Shown: positions 50,797 through 63,703, numbered from the stretch's first letter. The stretch: DNA of 64,000 nt from Octopus vulgaris (GCA_951406725.2 OX597821.1:116560001-116624000), one strand, 5' to 3'. Numbers and translations are program-made. Notes: a model not told the origin generated them from the sequence alone.

Positions 50797-51200
50797 CATA
50801 CATATGCACTCAGACACTTCAATTTTTAAAAAAACACCTAAAGAAGTGCAAGACCCAGGATTTTAAGCCATCCATCTGGGCCACTCACTACAATAGGGGC
50901 AATCTCAGAATCATGGAGGCTTTCCTTATCAACAAATTGAGACCAACCATGAACAACAGGAAAGAACTACATGAAGTAGACTAGTTAATAGAGCAACACC
51001 AGTCCATGCATGTCACCTTCCTCCTTCACCACCACCCCCACATTTGGTTAACAACTTTTCCATTCTTTGCTTTTAACAAATATCCTGAAGAAGGGGTTAT
51101 AACCCCAAAATATAGAAATGCAAAGTAAAACTGAAACTTTGTTTTCTCTTGTTTTCTTTTTCTTTTCCTTTTGTTCCTGCCTTTCACAACAAATCCCTTC
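50797..51200 (+). mobile_element. Penelope-like element 3' remnant: GIY-YIG C-terminus plus degenerate HHR
   Basis: 50835-50984 HLKKCKTQDFKPSIWATHYNRGNLRIMEAFLINKLRPTMNNRKELHEVD*; 51081-51118 TATC-CTGAAGA-A-GGGGTT-at-AACCCC-(A)AAA-TATA. Confidence 0.65.
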
Positions 51201-51419
51201 AGAAACTTCTTTTTTTTATTTTAATTAAAAACTATTTTTTTAATTCTACTTAAAAACTGTCAAAATAATTTTTCAGAAATTTTCATAAAGTTGATTATTA
51301 AAGTTTAACTTTTTTTTCATTTCTTCACCTAAAACTATTTCAGAAATTATTTTAACAGTAGTTCTAATTCAAATTCTTTTATGGTTAACTTTTTTCTTCA
51401 TTATGCAATCAAAATTGTG

Positions 51420-51750
51420 TTCCTGTGTCTAATATTAAATTAAGAAAATTGAAATGGTCTGTAAGCACTTTAAAATTGCACAAAATGTCCTAGAAATTAG
51501 ACAAAAGATGGAAGAAAGGCCTCCCAGTCGACTAAACAAAGCTAAAATGGTCTGGAATAGCTTCAAAATTGCATAACCTTAGAGAAAAGGATATTTTTGT
51601 AACTGAAAGACAAATTTTAGAGTCAAATTCTATAATCCATTTATGGAACAACATTAGGTCAGATTTAACTTCAAAATCAAAAATACCAAGTTTGGTTTCC
51701 AATAATGAAATTTTATCAGATTCATTAAGTAAGGTTGACATATTCAATGG
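51420..51750 (+). pseudogene. Possible old CR1/L2-group ORF2 fragment
   Basis: ERQILESNSIIHLWNNIRSDLTSKSKIPSLVSNNEILSDSLSKVDIFN resembles the endonuclease-RT linker. Confidence 0.4.
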
Positions 51751-51957
51751 GTTTGGGTTTGTTTTTTGTTTCTTTTTATTTTTGCTTCAATTTTATTTTG
51801 TTAATGGAGTTGATTTTATTAATGGAGCTAATGAGGAAAATAAATACATTTCCATTCTTTCTTCTTTTATTGTTACTCTGTAGGAACATATTCCAAAATA
51901 GAATTCTACATTTGCAACAGAAATTATTTATATTCCGCTGGCATTTATCAAAGAAAT

Positions 51958-52176
51958 ATTCTTTTTCTACTCTAGGCACAAGGCCTGAAGTTTTGGGAGA
52001 GGGGTAGGCCATTCGATTAGATCGTCCTCAGTGCGTAACTGGTAATTAATTTATCGACCCTGAAAAGATGAAAGGTAAAATTGACCTTGGCAGAATTTGA
52101 ACTCTGAATGTAGTGGCAGATGAAATACCACTAAGCATTTTATCCTGCATGTTAATGATTCTGCCAGCTCACCACC

Positions 52177-52211
<35 letters not shown>

Positions 52212-52475
52212 TATAATAATAACAACAATCATATTAATAATAATAATAATGATGATAATAATCTTTTCTATTATAGGCACAAAGTCTGAAATTTTTGGGG
52301 AGGGGGCCAGTTGATTAGATGGAATCCAGTGCATAACTGATACTTAATTTATCGACCCTGAAAGGATAAAAGGCAAAGTTGACCTTGGCAGAATTTGAAC
52401 TCAGAACATATAGACAGATGAAATACCGCTAAGCATTTCAGCTGGCATGCTGGTGTTTCTGCCAGCTCGCTGCCT
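51958..52475 (-). mobile_element. Two SINE family A copies (tail type 2)
   Basis: Reverse-complement match to the consensus, separated by (AAT)n. Confidence 0.8.
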
Positions 52476-52769
52476 TTTTAATCTAAGAAATATTTCATAT
52501 TTAAGATACAAGCAAGGCTGTGTGATTAAGAAGCTTACTTTTCAGCCATGTGGTTTCAGGCTCAATCCCACTGCAAGGTACCTGAGATAAATGTCTCCTA
52601 CTTATAACCTCAAGCTGACCAAATGCCTTGCCACTGAAAGTGCTTCTTAATCAGCAGTTTTCAAACTTTTTAATATTCTGGCCTGATCAAAAACCTGGAT
52701 TTTTTTAGGGGGGTGCACCAAAAAAGATAAAACAAGTTCATTTAAGAAAAGCTTAATATATTCATAATG

Positions 52770-52905
52770 TAGGTGTAGGAGTGGCTGCATGGTAAGTAGC
52801 TTGCTTATGAACCACAAGGTTCCGGGTTCAGTCCCACTGCATGGCACTTTGGGTAAGTGTCTTCTACTATAGCCTCAGGCCGACCAAAAGAATATATGTA
52901 TGTAT

Positions 52906-52970
<65 letters not shown>

Positions 52971-53975
52971 CATTTGTGTCTGTCTCCCACCCCCAGCATC
53001 GCTTAACAACCAATGCTGGTGTGTTTACAGTTTGGCAAAAGAGATCGATAGAATAAGTACTAGGCTTACAAAGTCCTGGGGTCGATTTGCTCGGCAAAAG
53101 GCGGTGCTCCAGCATGGCCACAGTTAAATGAATGAAACAAGTAAAATAGTCATAAAAGAGAGAGTGTGTAAAAAGCACCTTTCGAGGATTGGGCCTCGTT
53201 GAAGCAAAGTGGCTGAGCTCCTTTAGATTGTGCATGAAAAGAAGACCCGTCAAGCCGAGCAAAACCAGAGTCGTGGCAGATACTGGTGTCATGCAAGTAC
53301 AAGTGCCCATTACACTCTCAGAGTGGTTGGCATTAGGAAGGGCATCCAGCATTAAGAAGGGCAACCATGCCAAATCAGATTGGCGTCTGATGCAGCCTTC
53401 CAGGGTGCCAGCTCTGGTCAAACCGTCCAACCAATGCCAGCATGGACAATGGACATTAAATGATGATGATGATGAAAACTGTTGATGGACTGTTGGGAGA
53501 ATGCTTGCAGTTTGCCTGTGGCCCTGAGAGCTGCAGTTGAGAACCTCTCTTCTAAATCCTGCTATCATTAAAGGTATTGAGAAGACATTATTTGCTTTTA
53601 GTTGAGGCATAGGAGTGGCTGTGTGGTAAGTAGCTTGCTTACGAACCACATGGAAAGTATCTTCTACTGTAGCCTCGGGCCCATCAAAGCCTTGTGAGTG
53701 GATTTGGTAGACGGAAACTGAAAGAAGCCCATTGTATATATGAATATATATGTATGTGTCTGTGTATATGTTTGTGTGTCTGTGTTTGTCCCCCCAACAT
53801 CGCTTGACAACCGTTGCTGGTGTGTTTACGTCCCCGTAACTTAGCAGTTCAGCATAAGAGACTGATAGATAAGTACTAGGCTTACAAAAAATAAGTCCTG
53901 GAGTCGATTTGCTCGACAAAAGGCAGTGCTCCAGCATGGCCACAGTCAAATGACTGAAACAAGTAAAAGAGTAAG
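52770..53975 (+). mobile_element. Cluster: SINE B, RTE-end/family C, SINE B
   Basis: B 52770-53150, C 53178-53475, B 53605-53975; explains the spurious 372-aa minus ORF. Confidence 0.82.
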
Positions 53976-54099
53976 CCATGGGCAATACCTATGTACCTTT
54001 ATTTTTTCTGGGTGTTTAAAGAAAATAGGTACTTGCCCACGTGTGTGTGTGTGTGGGGGGTGTATTTGGTTGAAAAGTGCTAGATACATAGGCAGATGA

Positions 54100-54173
54100 A
54101 AGGAGACAGATAGACACTCAGAGACACAGAGAGAGACAGATAGACACATAGACAGACACATAGATAGACAGAC

Positions 54174-54248
<75 letters not shown>

Positions 54249-54249
54249 C

Positions 54250-54300
<51 letters not shown>

Positions 54301-54954
54301 GACAGGTAGAGATAGATAGAGAGATAAGCTGGCAAACAGATAGACAGACAGAAAGACAAGCAGAGAGTGAGAGAATAAGAATAATGAGTGCATATATGTA
54401 TGTCAGTGAGAGAGAAGGAGAGAGAGAGAAAGAGAGAGTGTGTGAGAGAGAGAGTGAGAGAGAGAGTGTGAGAGAGAAAGAGGGAGTGAAAGAGTGAAGG
54501 TTGCTCCCCTAACTCCTTTGTCAACAATAAACTTCTCAGCAAGATCCCAGTCCTAATTCTTTCAAGAATGTTTTCAATTTCTCCTGGGTCATGCAAGGAG
54601 GAGGGGGGGGGGTCTCTTGAACCACAATGAGTAATGATGGAGGGAGGGAGGGAGGGAGGGAGGGAGGAGGGTGGTAGTAACAGTGGTCAGGGTTTCTAGG
54701 AAGGGGGTTAATAATTGTGGTGGTGAGGATTGTGCTTCTGATGATGATGATGATAGTGGTGGTGGTGGTGGTGGTGGTGGTTGGAGTGTTGGTGGTATTG
54801 GTAATAGTGTTTGTGGTGGGAAGAAGAGGATGGTAATGGTGGTAGTAGTAGTAGTAGTAGTAGCTATTATGATGATAGTGATGATTATGATGGTGGTAGT
54901 GGTGGTGGTAGTAGTGGTGGTGGTGGTGGTGGTGGTGGTAATAGCAGCAGTAGC

Positions 54955-55009
<55 letters not shown>

Positions 55010-55076
55010 TGATGATAGTGATGATAATGATGGTGGTAGTGGTGGTGGTGGTGGTGGTGGTGGTGGTGGTGGTAAT

Positions 55077-55124
<48 letters not shown>

Positions 55125-55330
55125 TATAGTGATGATAGTGATGATGGTGGTGGTGGAGGTGACCTTTTGGGTGGAAGCAGTGAATTGCAAATGAAAGTGT
55201 AGGTTTTTTTCTCTGTATTGCATGGATGGAAAGGTGTGGCTTTGGTGGTGAGGTTTGTGGCGATGGTGGTGGCAGTGGTCGTAGTGGTGGCTTTGGTGGT
55301 GGTAGCGGTGGTGGCGGTAAAGGTAATATT
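54100..55330. repeat. (GATA)n, (GA)n and (GGT/AGT)n microsatellite block
   Basis: Directly visible. Confidence 0.92.
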
Positions 55331-56517
55331 TGGAGATGGGAACAATGCTGGGTGTGGTTGGATGCTAACAATTGATGGGAGCCACCCCTAACCCTCTTTG
55401 CATCTGAGATGTGGTGGAAGTGTAGTGCAGGGTGGGGCTGCAGGAGATGGTGGTGAGGTGATAAGGAAGATCTTGTTGTTGTTTAACCACAGGTGGTCCT
55501 GATTGAGCAGACCAAAAGCTTTCTACCTGTGACCATCCTGCCTTTTTTTCTCTCTGTGCTGGGAATTCAGGACTACACCCAATATGTCTATTTTCAAAAT
55601 TGCAAAAGTGTGGTTTGAGGGAGTGCTTGGCTACAAATTGGATAGATATTGGTGACAGTTATTGAATTAAGTTACCTGGATGTTGTTGTTTAGCCCTTGG
55701 CAGGCCATTAGAGACTGAGCAGATTTTTAATCAAAAGCATTCCAACCATGTCTTACATGATTATTTAAAGAATAGGTGCAGGCATTGCTGTGTGGTTAAG
55801 AAGGTTGCTCTGCAACCATGTGGTTTTCAGTTCAATCCCTCTGTGTGGCACTATGGGCAAGAGTTTTCTATCATAGCTCTAGGCTGACCAATGCTTTGTG
55901 AGTGAATTTGATGGACAGGAACTTTTTTCTATTGTATTAGAGATATTCCCAGCAACTCGAATGGAGAGTGTCTTCTGACAGAGCTTAGTTCTGCAGCTGG
56001 GCATTACTAATAGCAATATCATGATATAGAGGGGTGCTTTAATAGAAATATAGTGCTATTTTTGATGCGTTCTATACTTGCTTTTTCTAAATGAATTTCA
56101 ATCGGCAGATCTAACCCCCTGACCCTATTTTGCACCGGGTCCGTCGCTTATCACGAGATGTCGCCTCATTTCATTAACAGATATTTCATAATCCTTCAAT
56201 GTACAAATGACACTGGAAGTATTTGGATTTCAAGATATAAAATGCTTAACGTGAAACGATCCAGTTTGCTGTCAACTTTATTTTCCTTTATACTCAGCCT
56301 AAAAATCACTTTCACACACACATACACACACGCACGCACACACACATGATGGTAGTCCCTCATATTAGATATAAATAGGCTTGTATCAGTCCCAAAGACA
56401 GGAAATCTCGGATATGCTAAACAATATCTAGGGACTAATATATTAGTTATTGTAGCCAAAATCTACAACAAAATGCTGCTTTTAAAAATATTTCCCCATC
56501 CCCTGGGAATACACATG

Positions 56518-56555
<38 letters not shown>

Positions 56556-57461
56556 ACCACACGCATGCACACAACTACACACATATGTGTGCATCTTTGT
56601 GTTTCCCACCTTTACATGACAATCCCTACTGGTTTGTTTTGTTCTGCATTTGGCAAAAGAAATTGAGGGAATAAGCTCCAGTCTTTAAAACAAAACAAAC
56701 AAAAAAAGTACAGGGGGTCAATTTGTTCTTCTAAACCAGTGATTCCCAACCATTGTTTACCTTTGGACCCCACTGGTTCCTGTTCAACTCAGATTTAGCT
56801 TTTTTCATTCACAAAATGAGCCCCCTTTAATTTTGCTCAGATTGCTTTCAATTTTGGTGTATCAATGCAACTCTGAATTTTGATTATGATCAACCAATTA
56901 CTTTGGAATTAAAGTTGGGAAATTTGGGTAATTTTAGCCAATCAACAGACAGTGAGGCATTAACAGCTTGTTACCATGACAACTGCATGATGTGTTGTTT
57001 TTCACCCAATTGTTGTGTTGATTCTTCACACTACAAGATTTACTTCACCCACGTGTTTTGTTTTAATAAATGTTTATATTTATCAATTAGAATTTTATTA
57101 GAGATATTTTTCGTCAATTGTCTTAATATTCTACATATTTCATAAATAGCAGAAGTTGTTTGTGATGTTTATACAGTTTCTTGACATTTTGAAGGTGAAG
57201 AGAATACATCTCGCTATTGGCTAAAAATACACAATTTTTTGATTTTTAAACCTCTGTAACTTTTTCTTTCAATTTTGTTCTCCCCAACACCATACCTTCA
57301 TAGCAATTAGACTGGGAAACTTTATTATTATAGCCAATTTTCAGATTTTTTACTGTCTTTTAACAAATGCATATTTTGCAAATGAAAAAAAAAAAAATAA
57401 ATCCTTCAACTCTACTAGGGCCCATGTTTTAAAAAATCCTATTAAATTAAATATTATTTGG

Positions 57462-57630
57462 AATAGGCACAGGAGTGGCTGTGTGGTAAGTAGCTTGCTT
57501 CCTAATCGCATGGTTCCGGGTTCAGTCCCACTACATGGCAGCTTGGGCAAGTGTCTTCTACTATAGCCTTGGGCCGACCAAAGCCTTGTAAGCGGATTTG
57601 GTAGATGGAAACTGAAAGAAGCCCGTCGTA

Positions 57631-57702
<72 letters not shown>

Positions 57703-58325
57703 GCCACAGTCAAACCAATTCTACTATATGGCTCAGAAACCTGGACGTTATCAAAGAAGCTTGAGAGGCGGTTGGATGGAACCTACACTCGCCTCCTTAT
57801 GAGAGCTCAAAATCTCTCGTGGAAGCGCCATCCAACCAAAATGCAAATATATGGGAAACTACCACCTGTGTCATCTCTTGTGAAAGGTAGGAGAGTCCAG
57901 TTTGCTGGACATAGTTGTAGAGCTGAAAAAGAAGTAATTTCTACTCTTCTCCTCTGGAAGCCATCTACTCGCAATGCCAGAGGGCGCACACTCTCCTACC
58001 CTGATGTAATCTCCAGGGATACAGGCATCCAACAACAGGACCTCCGTAATGCCATGATGGACCGTGAAGTCTGGCGTAGCATGGTAAATTCCATTGTCTC
58101 GACCACGGTCGAACAATGATGATGATGATTATGTGTTTGTGTTTGTCCCCCCAACATCGCTTGACAACCGATGCTGGTGTGCTTACGTCCCCGTAACTTA
58201 GTGGTTCGGCAAAAGCGACCGATAGAATAAGTGCTATGCTTACAAAGTCCTGAGGTCGATTTGCTCAACTAAAGGCGGTGCTCCAGCATGGCCACTGTCA
58301 AATGACTGAAACAAGTAAATGAGTA
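57462..58325 (+). mobile_element. SINE family B with nested LINE
   Basis: Head 57462-57630; tail 58130-58325. Confidence 0.85.
57700..58129 (+). mobile_element. RTE-group LINE 3' end with intact frame; ORF stop lies in the (TGA)n tail
   Basis: VKPILLYGSETWTLSKKLERRLDG...RRVQFAGH...MMDREVWRSMV; a possibly related fragment PVPKTGNL...VAKIYNKML at about 56380-56480. Confidence 0.8.
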
Positions 58326-58449
58326 AATTGTATATAAAAAAATTATTAGAATTCTTTCTGTATCATGGAAGTATAACTAATTTAGTACTCATAAAATTTA
58401 ACAAGGAAATTTTATCAAGGTATTGGTCACTTTTTGATAGATTTATGGC

Positions 58450-58730
58450 CAAGTCTGTGACAGTTGATACCTCTAGCATTCTTGGCCTCTGGACCTTATC
58501 CCTGCTCCCTGCAATCGGGGTGGAGATTATTGTGCGCAAGTGTGAGCACCGTGAGCTAGAGTGGCTGTTCCAGCATGTCTCTTTTGCTATCCTCCAGGGC
58601 AACACCTTTTTCATTTTTTCTGCTGATGCCATTGAGAAATGTTTCTAAATTGTGAGAGGCAAGATCCTCCATTAACCCCCCCTCCCCGAGGGTCATGTGA
58701 ACCCTCGGGGGTTAACGAAGAATCTATCAA
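58450..58730 (+). pseudogene. CRE-like (restriction-like endonuclease type) non-LTR retrotransposon C-terminal remnant
   Basis: VTVDTSSILG...RELEWLFQHVSFAILQGN resembles AVETxGxWG...FLxQRLSxAxQRGN. Confidence 0.5.
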
Positions 58731-58783
58731 TATCTATCTATCTATCTAGCCATCGATTCATCTATCCATTTATTTATCTATCT

Positions 58784-58857
<74 letters not shown>

Positions 58858-58860
<3 letters not shown>

Positions 58861-59163
58861 GAGGCGCAATGGCCCAGTGGTTAGGGCAGTGGGCTCACGG
58901 TCGTAGGATTGCAGTTTCGATTCCCAAACCGGGTGTTGTGAGTGTTTATTGAGGGAAAACACCTAAAAGCTCCACGAGGCTCTGGCAGGGGATGGTGGCG
59001 ATCCCTGCTGTACTCTTTCGCCACAACTTTCTCTCACTCTTTCTTCTGTTGGCCTGCTCGCTTAGCCAGTGATGTGGCATCATTTGAAGGCTAAAGCAAT
59101 GAGAAGCGCATTGTGACCAGCAATGTGTAGCAACATCTGATAGCCTGGTCGGTCACGTGATCA
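58858..59163 (+). mobile_element. tRNA-derived SINE family E
   Basis: A-box TGGCCCAGTGG and B-box GTTTCGATTCC; homologous to 5875-6088. Confidence 0.75.
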
Positions 59164-59449
59164 TATATATATATATATATATACATACATACATATATAT
59201 ACACACACACACATGCTCTCTCTCTCTCACTTTCTTCTCATCCATCACCCTCTTGTACTGTCTTATATCCCTCCCCACCACTACATACTCAATAACACTA
59301 TAAAAGGGTCAAAACTTTTTACACAGGAACTTGGTTGATTTGAAAACCCCACTAGAATGGAAGAAAGTGCTAATACATGATCTAAGTTATATGATGTATA
59401 AAAACATGTAACATACAAATGAATATCTGTAAATATAAAACCATCCGAA

Positions 59450-60078
59450 TATCTGAGTACCTCATTTCATCTAGTGAGGCCATAACTCGTGGCCCCTACC
59501 TGGGACGTAATCAGTCCACCTGTGCATACCTTCCTTCTTGGGACACTTGTGAAGACCTGTTGAGGCAAGTGAAAATCAAACCAAATCAAAATAGATGAAC
59601 ATCAATGGAATTTGTATCTTTGTGGTACCAGTGCCGGTGGCACATAAGAAAACCATCCGAACGTGGCCGTAGCCAGTACCGCATCGAGTGCTGTGGGCAC
59701 GTAACAAACACCATTCGATCGTGGCCGTTCACCAGCCTCGTCTGGCACCTGTGTCGATGGCACATAAAAAACACCATCCAAGCGTGTCCGTCCACCAACC
59801 TCGTCTGGCACCTGTGTCGGTGGCACATAAAAAACACCATCCGAGCGTGACCGTCTGACAGCCTCGTCTGGCACCTGTGTCGGTGGCACATAAAATCACC
59901 CACTACACTCTCGGAGTGGTTGGCGTTAGGAAGGGCATCCAGCTGTAGAAACACTGCCAGATCTGATTGGAGCCTGGCGCAGCCATCTGTTTCACCAGTC
60001 CTCAGACCCCAGTTGAACCGTCCAACCCATGCTAGCATGGAAAGCGGATGTTAAACGATGATGATGATGATGATGATG
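59450..60078 (+). mobile_element. Long family C copy with internal ~61-bp tandem repeats
   Basis: GTGGCACATAAAAAACACCATCC...CCTCGTCTGGCACCTGTGTCG, 4-5 copies at 59630-59895; (GAT)n tail. Confidence 0.82.
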
Positions 60079-60109
<31 letters not shown>

Positions 60110-60149
60110 TCTATCTATCTATCTATCTATCTATATATCTATCTATCTG

Positions 60150-60192
<43 letters not shown>

Positions 60193-60193
60193 G

Positions 60194-60264
<71 letters not shown>

Positions 60265-60335
60265 GTCTATCTATCTATCTATCTATCTGTCTATCTATCT
60301 ATCTGTCTATCTATCTATCTATCTATCTATCTATA

Positions 60336-60392
<57 letters not shown>

Positions 60393-60396
60393 GTCT

Positions 60397-61750
60397 ATCC
60401 TCTTCCGCTTCTTGTGGAAAGGATGCGTCCCGATGGTCAGGCGATCCATTTGCTGTCAACACCCGTTAAAAGGAGGGCTGGGCATGCCGTGGTTGATGAT
60501 GCGCAGACACGCGCTGAGACTGCGACATCTCCGGCTCTATGTAGACGACGGTGAACAGGTGTGGTCACCGTTTGTGAGGCACGCATTCCCGCAACTCGTC
60601 TCCATGACCGAACTACAGTCGTGGATCAAAAAGAGGCCGAGGAAGGGCGAATGGGCGAATGGCACCGCGAGTGTCGCGTTGCTCTCAAGCAACTCTGCCG
60701 TCCCGGGTCGACCTTGAGTGACTTCAACACAACCAAAGCATTCTATAGGGGATTAGTGGAGGGGAGGTACGACGCCGAGCTCGGGGCAAACCTGGGCGTC
60801 GACGAGGAATACCTGACCCGCCTGTTTCAAACGACTTTCGGCCTGGGACCTATGGACAACTTCCAGAGATCCCTGGCCTGGCGGTGCTACCGAGAAGCGC
60901 TACCCGTTCGGGATAAGCTCTATAGGCATGGCTCGAGAAACACGGGGCCGACCTGCCCGAGATGCGGGCAGAGCGACGAAACCGCTCTGCACGCAATCGT
61001 GCAGTGTCCAGCAATTTCCGACCTGTGGGCTTATGTCGAACGACTGCTGTCACGTGTGGGACGTGTCGGTTTATCAGCCGAGTCTATCGTTAATATCGTC
61101 ATGCCTCCTTCCTTCAAACGGGAAGGAAGAGCTATTTTTATCATACTTGTGGCTATGGCGAAAGAATGTATCTGGTGGACGCGCCTGAAAGGATTAGAGA
61201 CAAACACTTTCCTCTCTGGTCAATCTCTCATCAACTTCTTCAAGTATCACTTGAAGAGGAAAGTGAGAGTAGAGAGGCAAGTTTTGTCTAGTGAATGTTT
61301 TAAAAAAAGATGGGTGAATGTAGCAAGGATGGCACATATGAATGACGAAGCCACCTTGACTATGATTCTATGAACCGTAAAAATTAATACAGAGAGTTGC
61401 TTATTTGCAAAAAAAAAAAAAAAATAAATATAACATGTGACTTCATTGACCGAGGTTACCGTGGTCTTTTCCGTAGGCTTTTCTTTCCATGGGTAAACCT
61501 CACCTGTTCTCCCCTTTACACTTCATATTGACATTTCTGTGATAACATCCCTATTGATCAATTTTTTTGCTCTCCCCCACCTTTTTTTTTTTTTTTTATT
61601 AACCCCTCCTTTTTTTAGTCCTCTTTCTTTCCTTTTATGATCCCTTTTGATCGGAAACCACCACTCCCTTTTTTTTACCCCCAAAAGAAAAGCTCTACCT
61701 TGTAATTTGTTCTATCTGTGTGCAGCCCTGTGTGGCTAATAAAGAAACAT
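60397..61750 (+). mobile_element. 5'-truncated Tx1-like (L1 clade) LINE inside (TATC)n
   Basis: ILFRFLWKG...GGLGMP; zf-RVT-like CPRCGQSDETALHAIVQC; frameshift from GGGCGAAT duplication near 60655; T-rich 3' UTR with AATAAA; (TATC)n on both sides. Confidence 0.9.
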
Positions 61751-61759
61751 ATCTATCTG

Positions 61760-61942
<183 letters not shown>

Positions 61943-62659
61943 CCCTATCTCTCTATCTATCTGTCTGTATGTCTGTCTGTGTCCCCTGTCTATGTGGACC
62001 CATGGGGTCCTGAACTAAACTCTTCAAGGTTTGGTACCCCAGCATGACTGAAACAAGTGCAAAAGATAAACACACTCAACAATATTCCATTTTTTTTTTT
62101 TTTATGATGGTGATAGAAACATGGGCGGTGGGGGTTGGGGCCAGGTAAGTAGACCAAGCTCCCTTTGTTAGGGCTGTACAGGTGGGTGTGTTAGGCATTG
62201 TTAAGAAGTAGGGGAATTAGGGTGAGAGAGTGTTAATGGAAGGAGGGGAGAGGGGTGTGACAGCAACAGATTACTTAGCTCTGTGATAATGTACAGAAGT
62301 TGTTAATAGTGTCTATTTTCTCTACTTCCACCCCGCCCCGACCACCTACACACCGGAAGCGGGCGGGGTGTGTGGGTATGGTGGTGGTGGTGGTGGTGGT
62401 GGTGGTGGTGGTTGATGGCTGATGGTGGTTGACATATCTTACTAAACTGAAGATGACTAACCCCCAGCCTTCAGGCAACCCTAACTACAAAAGAATCAAG
62501 CAGGAAAAAGGTAGTCACCTGATGGTGGCGGTGGCGGCGGCGGTGGCGGTGGTGGTGGTGGTGGTGGTGGTTTGAGGTGGGCGGGGTGGTTGAAGGCTTA
62601 CTGAAGGCAACAGTTGCTAAAGAATAAAACAAAAACAATAACACCTGTGCACTGCTGTC

Positions 62660-63082
62660 TTTGTTCCCACCACCACAACCACGCGCACCTCCACCTCCAC
62701 CTCCACCACCATCACCACCACCACCACCACCACAACCACTCTCTATGACTATCACCACCATCACTGCCACCAACCACTTTCACCACCACCACCACTACAA
62801 CCACTCTCATGTCCACCACCACCTAAACTGCCACCAGTGTCACCGCCACAACCATCACCCCACACCTATGACTATCCCCACCATCACTGCCACCACCACA
62901 ACCATCACTATCGCCACCACTACCACCACTACCACCACCACAAGAACAACATCAACAACAACAAACAGGACTACAACCATCACTATAACCCTCGCCATTA
63001 CTACCACCACCACCACCACCACTGGCACTCCCACCTCTACCACCACCATCCATCATCACCACCAACACTGCTTCCACCACTG
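62660..63082. repeat. Degenerate (CAC)n microsatellite
   Basis: Directly visible. Confidence 0.9.
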
Positions 63083-63457
63083 AGTTGACAGGTGTAAATA
63101 GAAAAAGAAAACAACTAGACATACCATAAGCACACACAGGTATACACACGTGTGTATGTATATGTGTGTGTGTAAATGTGTATGTGTGTATGCATGTATA
63201 TCACAAATACACCAAAGAGAGAGAGAGAGAGAGAGATACCGGCTTGCACACATTCACCCCCCCCACCGTCACCCATTTACGTGCATATACACAAAACATA
63301 CGTACATACATGAGTGAATGCTTGATAAAATATCAGATCAATAAAAACACTCCCTTTTACATAATCATATCTTCAGACCCCACCTACCCCACCTACTCCA
63401 CTCCCAAATACAAAAACAACATAATTACACACACTCATACATACACACACGTGTGTG

Positions 63458-63519
<62 letters not shown>

Positions 63520-63648
63520 CACACATTGACATACACAGTACTCAAATATCTATATGCAAATATATAGTCCAGGCTCTGTTCCTGTTTCCTATCTATGAAA
63601 ATATTAGAATAGGTGTATAGCTGGTTATAAAAAAAAACATGACTCATG

Positions 63649-63703
<55 letters not shown>

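Noticed and set aside
52867-53985. 372-aa minus-strand ORF
   Set aside because: Read-through of adjacent SINE B and family C copies plus microsatellite; no protein-like content.
59478-59530. HDV-like ribozyme at the 5' end of the long family C copy
   Set aside because: GGCCAT/GTGGCC hairpin seen, but the nested double-pseudoknot order could not be built by eye.
59630-59895. CRISPR-like repeat-spacer appearance
   Set aside because: Eukaryotic retroelement interior; spacers resemble each other; no cas genes.
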